Of a stretch of DNA of 64,000 nt, positions 39,201-48,310 are shown piece after piece. The notes below the pieces were generated by a model. That model saw only the letters and a list, made by a program, of their open reading frames with translations, had not been told where the DNA came from and made no database searches. The first letter of the stretch is position 1; each line of letters begins with the position of its first letter. The translations under genes were made by a program, and so were the position numbers. This DNA is from Caldisericia bacterium. Its GTDB lineage: Bacteria; Caldisericota; Caldisericia; JAAYUI01. The stretch is taken from positions 1,600,001-1,664,000 of the forward strand of contig OY771555.1 of NCBI GenBank assembly GCA_963674785.1, given 5' to 3'.

Positions 39201-41475
39201 GTAAACTGCTTGAAAACTGTCCGTAGGTTTTTGGTGGACTATTTTCAACGCTCAGAGCGACTGTGCTTGTAAATCCATTTTGAGGAACAACAGTCAAAGG
39301 GATTGTGATTTTTTTGTTTGATTCTCTGTAAACAATTGGGTTTGTTTTGATGATGTAGCTGTATGCTTCACCAACAGTTACTTTAACATGGATCATTGTT
39401 GGTTGATTATCATGATCTTTGTTTGTAGTTATGGAAACATCAGTTTCATAAACTCCATTTTCAAGACCTTTCGTATCGACAATGAAGTCAATTGGTTCTT
39501 TGTCGTTTGAGAATGAAGAATTTCTAACTGAGAGCCAGTTTGCTTTTGAATCAATATCGATAATACCAGTTATTTCGCCACCTGAAATGTTTTTGATCGT
39601 AACTTTTTGTTCAGAGATTGTTCCGTTTGGGACAACTCCAAAATCAAGGATTGATGGGGATAAAACAAAACTATATTCTTTAAAAATGCTTGTGTAATCA
39701 ACATATTGGATTCTTGAGTTGAATGAGTCTGCGACAAAACATCCAAAAGCATCGGCAAAAACGCCCTGTGGAAATTTGAAAAATCCTGGTGCAAGTGGAT
39801 CATGTTCTGGTGGTGGGCAGATTGCGGGCATCATATGGAACTGATCATCTGGACCGCCACACGTTCCGTATTTCCAATTGTAACCAGTTTCTGTATCAAA
39901 GATCATCAGTCTGTGGTTGTAAGAATCTGCTACATAAATCTTGCCATCAGAATCGTATGAGCAGTCTGTCACACCAAGAAGTTGCCCTCTTCCACGACCT
40001 CTTGAGCCAATGAAACTCATTGATTTTCCGGTGAGGCTGATCTCCTGAACTCTGCTGTTTCCGAAGTCAGTTACAAGTATCCTGTCTTCCCCTAAGTCGA
40101 TACCCATTGGCATAATAAACTGACCAGGTGCAGTTCCCCACTCTCCAAAGTAATCAATGAATTCACCGTCTGTTGAAAGAACCTGTATTCTATGGTTTTT
40201 TGTATCAGAGATGTAAAGTCTATTACTTATTGTGTCGATACAGATATCAGTTGGTTCTCTGAAAAAACCGCCAGTTGTACCCATTCCACCAATGGTTTTC
40301 AGATGTGTTCCATTTGAGTCATAAACCTTTATATTGTTATCCTTTTTGTCGACGACAAAGATATCACCGTTTTGACCAACACATACACCTGTTGGGTAAA
40401 CCAAAGAAACTTCTGCTTCCTTTCCGATTTCTTTTACAAATTGTCCACTCTTTTTGTAGACTAAAACAACTCTTCTACTTGAGTCAGGAATGTAGATATT
40501 GTCGCCATTAGAATAAACTCTCTCTGGTCTGGCCATTGAGCCTTTATCTGAAACCTCTGTGTTAAAATCACCGTAGTATGAGCCATCGGAATTCCAAACC
40601 TGAATTCTATCAGTCCCTTCTGATGATATGATTATTCTATTTGAAAGAATATCGATCCCTTTTGGGCTCGATAAAATGGTTTTTCCATTTTTGTCTTGTC
40701 CAAGTGTTTTTAGTATTTGACCATCGGCATCAAGAATATATCCAACATTTTTTTCGGGTGATGTTACAAGGAGTGTATCGTTATTTTCGTCGTACATTAC
40801 AGCATATGGATTTGAAATATCAAGCTTTTTAACAAAATTACCGTCGTAATCAAAAATGCCAATAACATCATGGGTGGGGTCTGTTACATATATACTATTC
40901 TCAAATGCGTCAATCCCTGTTGGATTTGTCAATCCGATTTCAAGACCTGAGATTGTGAATGCGTATGCTCCGTTTTCATCTGTAACGATTATGTTTCCAG
41001 CTCCACTGTTTGCGATATAAACTCTACCATTAAGATTTGTTATCCCGATTGGTCTGTCTAAGAGGGAGACACCATCTTTTGATTCAACAGAGAACTCTGA
41101 CTCATATTTTCCTGAGCCTGAAAACACAATAACTTTGTTGTTTTGGGTATCTGTTATGTACGGTTTGTTGCTAATTGTTGTTATGTCTCCTGGTGTGTGG
41201 ATCTGTCCATCATTCACACCGTATATGCCAAACCTGTAATCATTTTGATTTATAATATTTTGGATACTTGAGAGACCTTGGTCACATACAAGTAGTCTCG
41301 TGCCGGTAACATGAAGTGCTGTTGGTTTTGAAAATGTTCTGGCAGGAAGGGTGGCACCAATGACAAGTGGATACATTCCACCTGTTTGCACCTCTTCGCT
41401 TGCAAACATATTTGATGTTGGAGTAAGTTGTGCCAACAACAAAACTGCTATCAAAATTGCTAATGTTCTTCTCAT
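36250..41475 (-). CDS. giant secreted protein: NHL propellers, Ig/BACON, Omp28/thioredoxin-like CxxC, cohesin-like, Ig, stalk domain
   Basis: Signal peptide; many P.GI....IYV.D..N.RIQ repeats; ETYTAEWCINCP..GLPTTFFDG; IQFSVRYDPTIL....GDF..G.G.L; C-terminal TMLPLRFVTESLGANVDW. Confidence 0.8.
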   Translation of the reverse strand: MRRTLAILIAVLLLAQLTPTSNMFASEEVQTGGMYPLVIGATLPARTFSKPTALHVTGTRLLVCDQGLSSIQNIINQNDYRFGIYGVNDGQIHTPGDITTISNKPYITDTQNNKVIVFSGSGKYESEFSVESKDGVSLLDRPIGITNLNGRVYIANSGAGNIIVTDENGAYAFTISGLEIGLTNPTGIDAFENSIYVTDPTHDVIGIFDYDGNFVKKLDISNPYAVMYDENNDTLLVTSPEKNVGYILDADGQILKTLGQDKNGKTILSSPKGIDILSNRIIISSEGTDRIQVWNSDGSYYGDFNTEVSDKGSMARPERVYSNGDNIYIPDSSRRVVLVYKKSGQFVKEIGKEAEVSLVYPTGVCVGQNGDIFVVDKKDNNIKVYDSNGTHLKTIGGMGTTGGFFREPTDICIDTISNRLYISDTKNHRIQVLSTDGEFIDYFGEWGTAPGQFIMPMGIDLGEDRILVTDFGNSRVQEISLTGKSMSFIGSRGRGRGQLLGVTDCSYDSDGKIYVADSYNHRLMIFDTETGYNWKYGTCGGPDDQFHMMPAICPPPEHDPLAPGFFKFPQGVFADAFGCFVADSFNSRIQYVDYTSIFKEYSFVLSPSILDFGVVPNGTISEQKVTIKNISGGEITGIIDIDSKANWLSVRNSSFSNDKEPIDFIVDTKGLENGVYETDVSITTNKDHDNQPTMIHVKVTVGEAYSYIIKTNPIVYRESNKKITIPLTVVPQNGFTSTVALSVENSPPKTYGQFSSSLLKLKSGDSTESILSIRSSDGITPGIYTITLKGETPKLKYETYTTFSLVVSASQETEPRTVLGETYTAEWCINCPYAHRAAERLVEEYGNTDIVWLNYYVETPKIDEAYLYYPPADKRYKWYPGQGLPTTFFDGMNSVVGGDNHEEKKDPPEDKQSCDKFSGTTYTYNRYKTELLNTVANPAPISIFTDTKIDGRTIKANIEIELKESLSNNKNLNLYVVLTEDNIEFPAMNTDEWHNLIVREMYTSPLGEEIELVEGKLFTRQMELEIPDYVNIKNAGLVVWVQNNGSKSVLQTTISKFHNQPVINSYEIIRVNDVVNLEVGGDTELQYRVTNTSSHILDLSCLPEFTADGWDYVIEIDGVETDIDDFMLNLSPFESKTISIKTAPPADAEPGIEASFDIITSTHENDKKHNLVSVTTIPRLPPDFTFEPDINRVEITKGQTKEFKITIDPINEFSGPVTLTDCTGNPSLKVEFSPSNGVPPFETNVTVTGGDKLQVDNYNLCLVAKGITSFGEEIEHQSLIQVDVQYAKVLIAASPLKIISCSENEACHSSNVDIMINSPMEIASIQFSVRYDPTILTVTHHEAGDFFVYSDSSFNFLDRSVEGKITVQISGDVAIGKGKLCTVVMRGIKGVTKKGTSIEVCDVIATDPNGNSVLSNIGCTHQEIDVISHLPPPLLTVEADDGAYVDQENYIIKGSAKSVDPDYPVSLSINGREIKLTGEGVWEYSARLREGPNTFVIIAKDETGTSSAKKIIINRDSTPPMIGISNFKDGQTVNEATIEIEGWVDEASETYVNGEQVELSEFNEFKKTITLDSGENIITLEATDRMGRKTTVEFKLILTRSITIELWIGKNSMVVNGEVLTLPQAPVLSSPPLPAELAGNTYMPIREVAEALYVTVGWVGDERKVTLDQNINGKTKSIELWIGKTQAKVDGETVWIDDSHKLYPAIVNSKTMLPLRFVTESLGANVDWIAAEKKIVLTFTP

Positions 41476-41511
41476 TAATTCTCCCCTTCAAAAAAAGGTT
41501 GTCTTGATAAC

Positions 41512-41630
41512 AATTTATCGACAATCCCAGACTGTGCAAGTGTTCTTTGGTTTTTTTAAGGTTATTGGTAAGTTATATAACCTTTCCTTACAATGGTTCT
41601 AGTTGTTTTTAATTTCACCCATCCTATACT
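41512..41630. promoter_or_regulatory. divergent promoters with central inverted repeat
   Basis: Minus TTGCAC-16-TAAATT (41539-41512); plus TTGTTT-16-TATACT (41603-41630); AAGGTTAT-N11-ATAACCTT at 41558-41584. Confidence 0.45.
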
Positions 41631-41679
41631 GCACTTTTAGAAATCGAATACACAGTGTTTCTTCAAGGAGGAGTAAACG

Positions 41680-44600
41680 ATGAAGTTATCGTTAAAAAGA
41701 CGACTCTCCGCCTTCGTAGCGGTTACAATTACTTTTGCTCTACTTTTCTCAGCTATTTCAGTTCCAGCAACTGTCAACGCTGAAGCGGTAGAATTCCTAC
41801 CATTCACAGTAGTTTTTACTGGTGGAATGCATGGTAATGTTGAGCCTTTTGATTTTGGTGGAGAAAGCAATTTTGGTGGATTTGCTAAAGCAAAAACAAA
41901 GATCGATGAAATCAGGAAAGAACTCGAAGAAGACAGAACCTGGTGGCGTTTTGGTGGTAACACCCTCGTTCTCGATGTTGGAAACGCAATCATGGGTAGC
42001 AAAACCGGTTCTTTGTTTGCAAGCAAAAACCTTCAGGATGTCCATCCAACAATCAGAGCAATGAACATGATCGGTTATGATGCCATGGTTTATGGTGCCG
42101 GCGAATTCTCAATGAATAAGTCAATCAGAGATGCGTTGGTTTCACAGTCAGACTTCCCATGGATAACCGCCAATGTTGTTGTTGGTAAAGAGAGAAATAA
42201 ACTTCCAAAGGGCGAATATGTCATGAAGGTTTACAAGATCCCAACTGCAGCACATCCACTCAGATACGGTGTCGTTGGCCTTACAAACCCAGCAGTTTTC
42301 ACTTGGGAAAACCCAGGCAACCTCATGCTTGGTTCAAATGAGCTTCAGCTTGAAGATTATGTAGACAAAGCACAGGAGCACGCAGAAACCCTTAAAGAGA
42401 CAGGTGAAAAAGCCGATTTCATTATTATCGCAACCGACCTTGGACTTGAAAAGAATGCAGATGGCTCATGGAAGGAAAACCTTCTTTGGGAGGCCATCCA
42501 GAATATTACACATATTGACTTTGTATGTTCATCATCAACAGGTGTTTCATTCCAGCAGGAAACAATCGTTGTTTCTGGTCTCGGTGGAAAACTTCACGAG
42601 ACAATGGTTTGCCAGCTTCCAGAAGATGGCGTAACGATGGGTAGAATGGATTTTGTTCTCGAAAAATGCACATGCCCAGTCAAGCCATATGTTTTCAGAA
42701 AAGTTAACAGCAGAAGACAGATGAAGTCTCGTTTTGTTTCACTTGACCAGTCTGTTACACCTAGTGCTGAAGTCATGCAGGATTTCAAATCAGCAAAGAT
42801 ACTTATGGATGATGAGTTCAGCCAGAAGATCGGTGAAGTCAATTGCACAATCGATACCACAAGCGCAAGAAGAGGCGACTCAGAAGTCGCACAGCTTGCA
42901 TGCGACATCATGATGCAGGAAACCGGTGCCCAGATCGCATTTACAGATATTTGGACAACATCTGCAAAGATTGACAAAGGATCATTCACACAGGGTGACC
43001 TTTTTGATATTTTCCCAAAAGACGCAAAGATTTACTCAATGAATCTTACTGGAGCACAGGTCAAAGCTGCACTTGAGCATTCAGCGTCACTTTTCAATAC
43101 TGAAGCAGATACAAACTTTATCGTTGCCAAAGGTGTCGATTACTACATCGATATCAGACCTGGTAAAGATAAAGTTGGATATATCAAAATAAATGGTGTC
43201 GACCTTGATATGAACAAAACATACAAGGTAGCAACCAACAGTTACATTGCACTTGGTCAGGGTGGTTATGACTTTAGTGGCGTTCAGATGACAGAACACA
43301 AAGATCTTAGCAAAACAATCCAAACCTATATCAGAAGAAATAGTGGAAAATGGGATTGTGGCCGTTCAAAGAATTGGTTTGTTGTTCCAGATTATCTTTA
43401 CCATTGGTCAAACCCATACGTAGATGTTCTTATGGAAAAATCAATTGTTAGTGGTGACCAGTTCGGAAGATATGAACCAGACAACTTTATCAACAGAGCA
43501 GCAGCTGCTGTTATGTGTCTCAATATCTATGACCATCCAAAAGCAACACCAGCAACCGGTCACTTTGCAGATGTCTCCACAAAACATTGGGCATACCCAT
43601 ATATTGAGGGTGGAGTTAACAAAGGAATGTGGTTCTGGTTATCAGGTAACTATGGACTAAATACAAATGCTACCAGAGAAGAAATCATGGTTAACATGGT
43701 TGTTTCATCTGGTGACAAAGCAAAAGCAGAATCACTTTCAGCAGAAGATATTGCTTACTTCGAGTCAAACTTTATTGATGCAAGTGAGTGTTCAGCTTGG
43801 GCAAAAAATTATGTTGCTTATGCCACAAAGATTGGTCTTGTTGCAGGATATGCAGCAGATGGCGGAAAGTTTAGCATCAAACCAAAAAACAATATCAGAC
43901 GTTCAGAGGTTGCAACCCTTATGGCCAGAGCAAGATTCCCAACTGTTGCAATTATGGGAACAGCTGATGTAAGAACAGAAGTTGACCAGTGGAGAATTGA
44001 CCCAGACGCAGACAAGCCAGTTGGTGGAGCTCAGGGTCTTGCATACACAATTGGTAATCTCAAAGGTTCATATGGTGCCAACTTGCTCGTTGATGCTGGT
44101 GGATTCTGCCAGGGAACAGCATGGGCAGAACTTGCAGATGGAACAATGGCAACTGGACTTATCAATACTCTCGGATATGATGCGGTAACATTTGGAACAC
44201 CAGAATTCTATCTTGGTAATGACGCAGTCAAAAAGCTCGTTGCAGATATTGAAGTACCTGTTCTTGCTGCCAATGTTGAAGGTGTTGACGGAACAGAGAA
44301 ATCCTTTATCAAGGAAATCAATGGAATCAAAGTCGGTGTTGTCGGAGCAGTTACACCTGACACAACAAAATATGTTTGCGAAGATGTCCTTGGTGGAGTA
44401 ACAATTTCTGACATGGCCGATGCAATTAATGCCGAAGCAACCTCACTTAAGTCAAATGGTGCAGAGATTGTTGTTGCTATCACATCAGCTCCTGGTTATA
44501 TCGAATTTGGACAGACACCAGAAGATGGATTTAACGGTCCAGCAGAAGAACTTGCTAGCAGTCTCAATGGCGTAAATATCATGTTTGTTTCTGGTTCACC

Positions 44601-45459
44601 AGAGCCATTCGTTGCCCCATCAGGAAATCTTTGGGTAATTGGTGCAGGAGCAGATGGTTCAACCCTCGGACTTGCAAAAGTAAGATTCGACACAAAAAAC
44701 AGAACCATTGACAATATTGACGCAACCAATGAATACACATTCAATGAGCCAGCATCAGTTAGTGCTACTGCAACAGAGCTTTGGAGCTCAGTTGAAAAGT
44801 TTGTTACCTCAAAGAAATCTGAACTCAAGTCAGCATACGAAAGAGTAATCGCTTCAACAGAAACAGGACTCAACCTTGACGATTCAAACGAATCAAGACT
44901 CGGTAACGTCATTACATCATCAGTTGCAGACGAACTCGGCGTTGATATTGTTATGCTTCCATCAGACTTTGCACGTGGAACAGGATTTGCCCCAGGAAAT
45001 ATTACAGTTGGAAATGTGTATGAATCACTTCCAGTCGAAGATACATGGGTAATCGGAACCGTTCAGGGTAAAAAACTCAAAGACATTGCAGAATCATCAG
45101 TTTCTGGTGAGCGTGCAGTCCTTCAGACACATGGTCTTGTCTTCCTCTTCTCAAGAAGCTCAGAACCAGGAAACCGTGTAACCGAGCTCTTCATTGGTAA
45201 AGGTATCACATACCAGCCAGACGAAGGAAACAGAGTTGGTGTCAAGTTCAACAGCAAAGATGAATTCAAGATTGCAATCCCAGCAAGCGAATTCTACACT
45301 CTTCCATCATTTGGTCACGAAGTGTTTGCCAAAGTTGTAACCGATGTTAAATCAGCTTGTGTTCCATTAAGATCAACATTTATCAAATACCTCGAAAGCA
45401 TGACAGAAGCTGGCGAAAAAGTAAATATGGAGATCGAAGAGCGCTTCAAAGAACCTTGA
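41680..45459 (+). CDS. SLH-domain surface protein with two 5'-nucleotidase/metallophosphoesterase-like modules, catalytic motifs degenerate
   Basis: Long signal peptide; phosphoesterase + 5'NT-C module; SLH repeats (HWS..Y, F.DV...HWA..YI, F.D......WA..Y, I.R.E.A); second phosphoesterase + 5'NT-C module. Confidence 0.8.
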   Translation: MKLSLKRRLSAFVAVTITFALLFSAISVPATVNAEAVEFLPFTVVFTGGMHGNVEPFDFGGESNFGGFAKAKTKIDEIRKELEEDRTWWRFGGNTLVLDVGNAIMGSKTGSLFASKNLQDVHPTIRAMNMIGYDAMVYGAGEFSMNKSIRDALVSQSDFPWITANVVVGKERNKLPKGEYVMKVYKIPTAAHPLRYGVVGLTNPAVFTWENPGNLMLGSNELQLEDYVDKAQEHAETLKETGEKADFIIIATDLGLEKNADGSWKENLLWEAIQNITHIDFVCSSSTGVSFQQETIVVSGLGGKLHETMVCQLPEDGVTMGRMDFVLEKCTCPVKPYVFRKVNSRRQMKSRFVSLDQSVTPSAEVMQDFKSAKILMDDEFSQKIGEVNCTIDTTSARRGDSEVAQLACDIMMQETGAQIAFTDIWTTSAKIDKGSFTQGDLFDIFPKDAKIYSMNLTGAQVKAALEHSASLFNTEADTNFIVAKGVDYYIDIRPGKDKVGYIKINGVDLDMNKTYKVATNSYIALGQGGYDFSGVQMTEHKDLSKTIQTYIRRNSGKWDCGRSKNWFVVPDYLYHWSNPYVDVLMEKSIVSGDQFGRYEPDNFINRAAAAVMCLNIYDHPKATPATGHFADVSTKHWAYPYIEGGVNKGMWFWLSGNYGLNTNATREEIMVNMVVSSGDKAKAESLSAEDIAYFESNFIDASECSAWAKNYVAYATKIGLVAGYAADGGKFSIKPKNNIRRSEVATLMARARFPTVAIMGTADVRTEVDQWRIDPDADKPVGGAQGLAYTIGNLKGSYGANLLVDAGGFCQGTAWAELADGTMATGLINTLGYDAVTFGTPEFYLGNDAVKKLVADIEVPVLAANVEGVDGTEKSFIKEINGIKVGVVGAVTPDTTKYVCEDVLGGVTISDMADAINAEATSLKSNGAEIVVAITSAPGYIEFGQTPEDGFNGPAEELASSLNGVNIMFVSGSPEPFVAPSGNLWVIGAGADGSTLGLAKVRFDTKNRTIDNIDATNEYTFNEPASVSATATELWSSVEKFVTSKKSELKSAYERVIASTETGLNLDDSNESRLGNVITSSVADELGVDIVMLPSDFARGTGFAPGNITVGNVYESLPVEDTWVIGTVQGKKLKDIAESSVSGERAVLQTHGLVFLFSRSSEPGNRVTELFIGKGITYQPDEGNRVGVKFNSKDEFKIAIPASEFYTLPSFGHEVFAKVVTDVKSACVPLRSTFIKYLESMTEAGEKVNMEIEERFKEP

Positions 45460-45485
45460 TCTTTGAAGAAACTTAGTTAATAAAC

Positions 45486-45514
45486 AAAAAGGCACCCGAG
45501 AGGGTGCCTTTTTT
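45486..45514 (+). terminator. intrinsic terminator
   Basis: AAAAAGGCACCC-GAGA-GGGTGCCTTTTTT. Confidence 0.88.
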
Positions 45515-45616
45515 ATTTGATTTGAACAGTCCTTCTTGAGTACAATTGTTTCTAATCAATCGGAGTTGGCTGTTGTCCAGTTTCAGAAAATCTTATAAGA
45601 AAGGAGTCAAAAACTC

Positions 45617-47530
45617 ATGAGAATAAAATCAAAGTTAGTAATTCTACTTACGCTAGCAATGTTAATGGTCACAATTAATATGAACTTTTCGAAAGGATTC
45701 TTGGCTCCTTCTTGGCCTATGTACTGTAAGGACTGCACCTTATCAAGTACTCAAGAAGGCTTCATCGAAGATGATATAGTATCTATTAGATTAGATTGGA
45801 TTTATGATGGATCTGAAGGGTACACATTTTATGATTTAAAATCACCTGTTTCAGCCAATGGAAAGGTAATTTTTGGAGACTCACAAGGATACTTAACATG
45901 TCTTTCTCTTGAGGATGGATCGTTTCTTTGGGGACATAATTATGCTGGAAGTATTTCTTCTGTACCAGCAATTAAAGATAAATGCGTGTATGTTACAAAT
46001 CGAACATATCTAAACTACCCAAAACAGAAACTTGATTGTTTGGATATAAATACTGGTGAAATCATATGGACTTATGAGGGTAAATATATTAGTCCAACTT
46101 CATATATTCCATTGGTAATCGATAATAAAGCTTTATACCATTGTACAAATGATGAAGACTTGAAAGTGATGTGTTTTTCAGCTGATGATGGAACCATTGT
46201 CTGGGAAAATCATCTTCATGCCAATGGTTCTATCAAGCTGCTCACGACCGAAGAAAATTATATTTATGTCGCCTATAAGTCAGAAACATTTTCAAAGTAT
46301 GTTATTGAATGTCTTGATAAAGAAACTGGTAAAACTATCAGAGAACTTAGTATTAATGATGAACTAAGAACCATCGCTGTTAATGGAAAAAACTTGTATG
46401 TCTCAAGTGGTGGGAAAACATACTGTTACGATAAAAAGAGCTTTAAAAAGAAATGGATACTTGATGAGTTTGGTTTCAATGCACAACCAGTTTTTGTTGA
46501 TGAAAATATGTATTTTTTATCATCAAAGGGATCAGGTCTTGATGCAGGAATATATTTTGTAATAGTTGATACTCTTGCGGGTGGTCTTAAATATGTTAAA
46601 AAATACAAACAATATTTACAGATTGGTGAAAGATATTTCAATTCATCAATCTCCAGGGGTGGTAAGTACTTGTTCTTTGGTAATCCAAATTCATACTTCA
46701 CATGTTTCGATAAGGAAAATGAAAGCTTTATTTGGTCATATCCTGATGTTGAATACATGGAAGACTCAGATGGAGGGATAAATTTTAATTCACCAGCAAT
46801 ACTCGAATCAAAAATACTAGCTTCTGGGGTAAATGGAAAAGTGTATTGCTTTGAAATAATTGATGAGTCACAGATAACAGATATTAGATTGAATACTGAA
46901 CATGTATATCTATACCCAAATAAAACGTTCGATTTTGATGTTGAAATGTACACAGATGACTTAGAAATTGATCCTCTTTCCCATATAGATGCGACCTGGT
47001 CTGTTGAACCTGAATCTCTGGGCATAATAGATGATAACGGTTTGTTCACTGCAGGAGAGGAATCAGGAGAAGGCTTTATTAGAGTAAAATTCAAAGACTT
47101 TGAAGCTACTGCAAAAATCACAATTGACAAAGAACCTGAAAAAAGGAATGTATTGAAATTTGTGCTTGGTGAGAAAGTCTATTTTTATAAGAGTGCAAAA
47201 AAAGAAATGGATTGCCCTCTGACGATTATAGATGGAAGAACTTTTATTGATGTTTCCATTATTCCAAATTCATTTTTTGGTGACTCCATATACATAGAAA
47301 CTGAAGATAGAGCAATGTGTCGCTTAGAAGCCAACAACATATGGTTTGAGAAAGATAACCCGGTTGCGATTCTTAATGGAAAACCGATTCAGATTGACCC
47401 ACACAACAAAAACTTATCTCCATACGAAATAAATGGTAGGTTACTTGTTCCTCTTCGGTTTCAGGCAGAGTCGCTTGGTTGTAAGACTAAATGGATAGCT
47501 GACACAAAAGAAGTTGAAGTTGAGTTTTAA
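45617..47530 (+). CDS. secreted PQQ-like beta-propeller protein with Ig (Big_2-like) and stalk domain
   Basis: Signal peptide, WPMY, C.D..TG.IIW blades, TWSV....G.ID.NGLFTA, C-terminal GRLLVPLRF.AESLG....W. Confidence 0.8.
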   Translation: MRIKSKLVILLTLAMLMVTINMNFSKGFLAPSWPMYCKDCTLSSTQEGFIEDDIVSIRLDWIYDGSEGYTFYDLKSPVSANGKVIFGDSQGYLTCLSLEDGSFLWGHNYAGSISSVPAIKDKCVYVTNRTYLNYPKQKLDCLDINTGEIIWTYEGKYISPTSYIPLVIDNKALYHCTNDEDLKVMCFSADDGTIVWENHLHANGSIKLLTTEENYIYVAYKSETFSKYVIECLDKETGKTIRELSINDELRTIAVNGKNLYVSSGGKTYCYDKKSFKKKWILDEFGFNAQPVFVDENMYFLSSKGSGLDAGIYFVIVDTLAGGLKYVKKYKQYLQIGERYFNSSISRGGKYLFFGNPNSYFTCFDKENESFIWSYPDVEYMEDSDGGINFNSPAILESKILASGVNGKVYCFEIIDESQITDIRLNTEHVYLYPNKTFDFDVEMYTDDLEIDPLSHIDATWSVEPESLGIIDDNGLFTAGEESGEGFIRVKFKDFEATAKITIDKEPEKRNVLKFVLGEKVYFYKSAKKEMDCPLTIIDGRTFIDVSIIPNSFFGDSIYIETEDRAMCRLEANNIWFEKDNPVAILNGKPIQIDPHNKNLSPYEINGRLLVPLRFQAESLGCKTKWIADTKEVEVEF

Positions 47531-47584
47531 AGATTGATATTTTCAAAAAAGCTTTAATATTGCATAAAAGGAAGGGATTTATAT

Positions 47585-48310
47585 ATGCCTGGAAGACTGG
47601 TATTAACACACAAGATTGATGAGATACACCGAAGGTTTAAGGTAGAATTACCTTCTGTTTTCTGGGATATTCCTGGGCAAACAGATGATGAAAAAATCTT
47701 ATCAGATTCTATTGTTCCCAGGTATAATATTACTCCAACCCAAAACCTTCTATGTGTTACGGGGGATGAGGGGTTAAGAGAAACAAGATTCATGAAATGG
47801 GGGCTAGTTCCATTCTGGGCAAAAGACGTAAACATTGGCAATAAGATGATAAATGCAAGATCAGAAACCGTTTCATCGAAGCCAGCTTTCAGAAATTCGT
47901 TCAAAAGAAAAAGGTGTATTATTCCTATAACGGGCTTTTATGAGTGGAAAAACTCTGGATATGGGGCAAAGCAGCCTTATTATTTTAAAAAGAAAGATGA
48001 CAGCATAATATCATTTGCGGGGCTTTGGGAAAGCTGGACAGGTGATGGTAAGAATCACCTTTATACATGTTCGATTGTTACAACTGAACCGAATAAGCTT
48101 ATTGGGGAAATCCATCACCGAATGGGGCTTATTCTTCCGGAAAAGGGAGTGAATATTTGGTTATCACAGAACTCAAACAGGGATGATTTAAAAGAGCTGA
48201 TGAAGCCGTATGAAGCCAATGATCTTGAGTGTTATCCTGTGTCAAAGCTTTGTAATTCACCTGAGAACGATAACGTAGAATGTATTGAACCCGAAAAAAG
48301 GCTTATTTAG
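47585..48310 (+). CDS. SOS response-associated peptidase (SRAP/YedK/HMCES family), Cys2->Pro
   Basis: PRYNI.PTQ, WGLVPFWAK, INARSET...KP.F, RC.IP..GFYEW, AGLWE.W, IH.RM. Confidence 0.9.
   Translation: MPGRLVLTHKIDEIHRRFKVELPSVFWDIPGQTDDEKILSDSIVPRYNITPTQNLLCVTGDEGLRETRFMKWGLVPFWAKDVNIGNKMINARSETVSSKPAFRNSFKRKRCIIPITGFYEWKNSGYGAKQPYYFKKKDDSIISFAGLWESWTGDGKNHLYTCSIVTTEPNKLIGEIHHRMGLILPEKGVNIWLSQNSNRDDLKELMKPYEANDLECYPVSKLCNSPENDNVECIEPEKRLI

Noticed and set aside
46426-47130. 234-aa minus-strand ORF, and similar antisense ORFs over pnp, metG and glmS
   Set aside because: Fully antisense to well-supported genes; explained by codon bias
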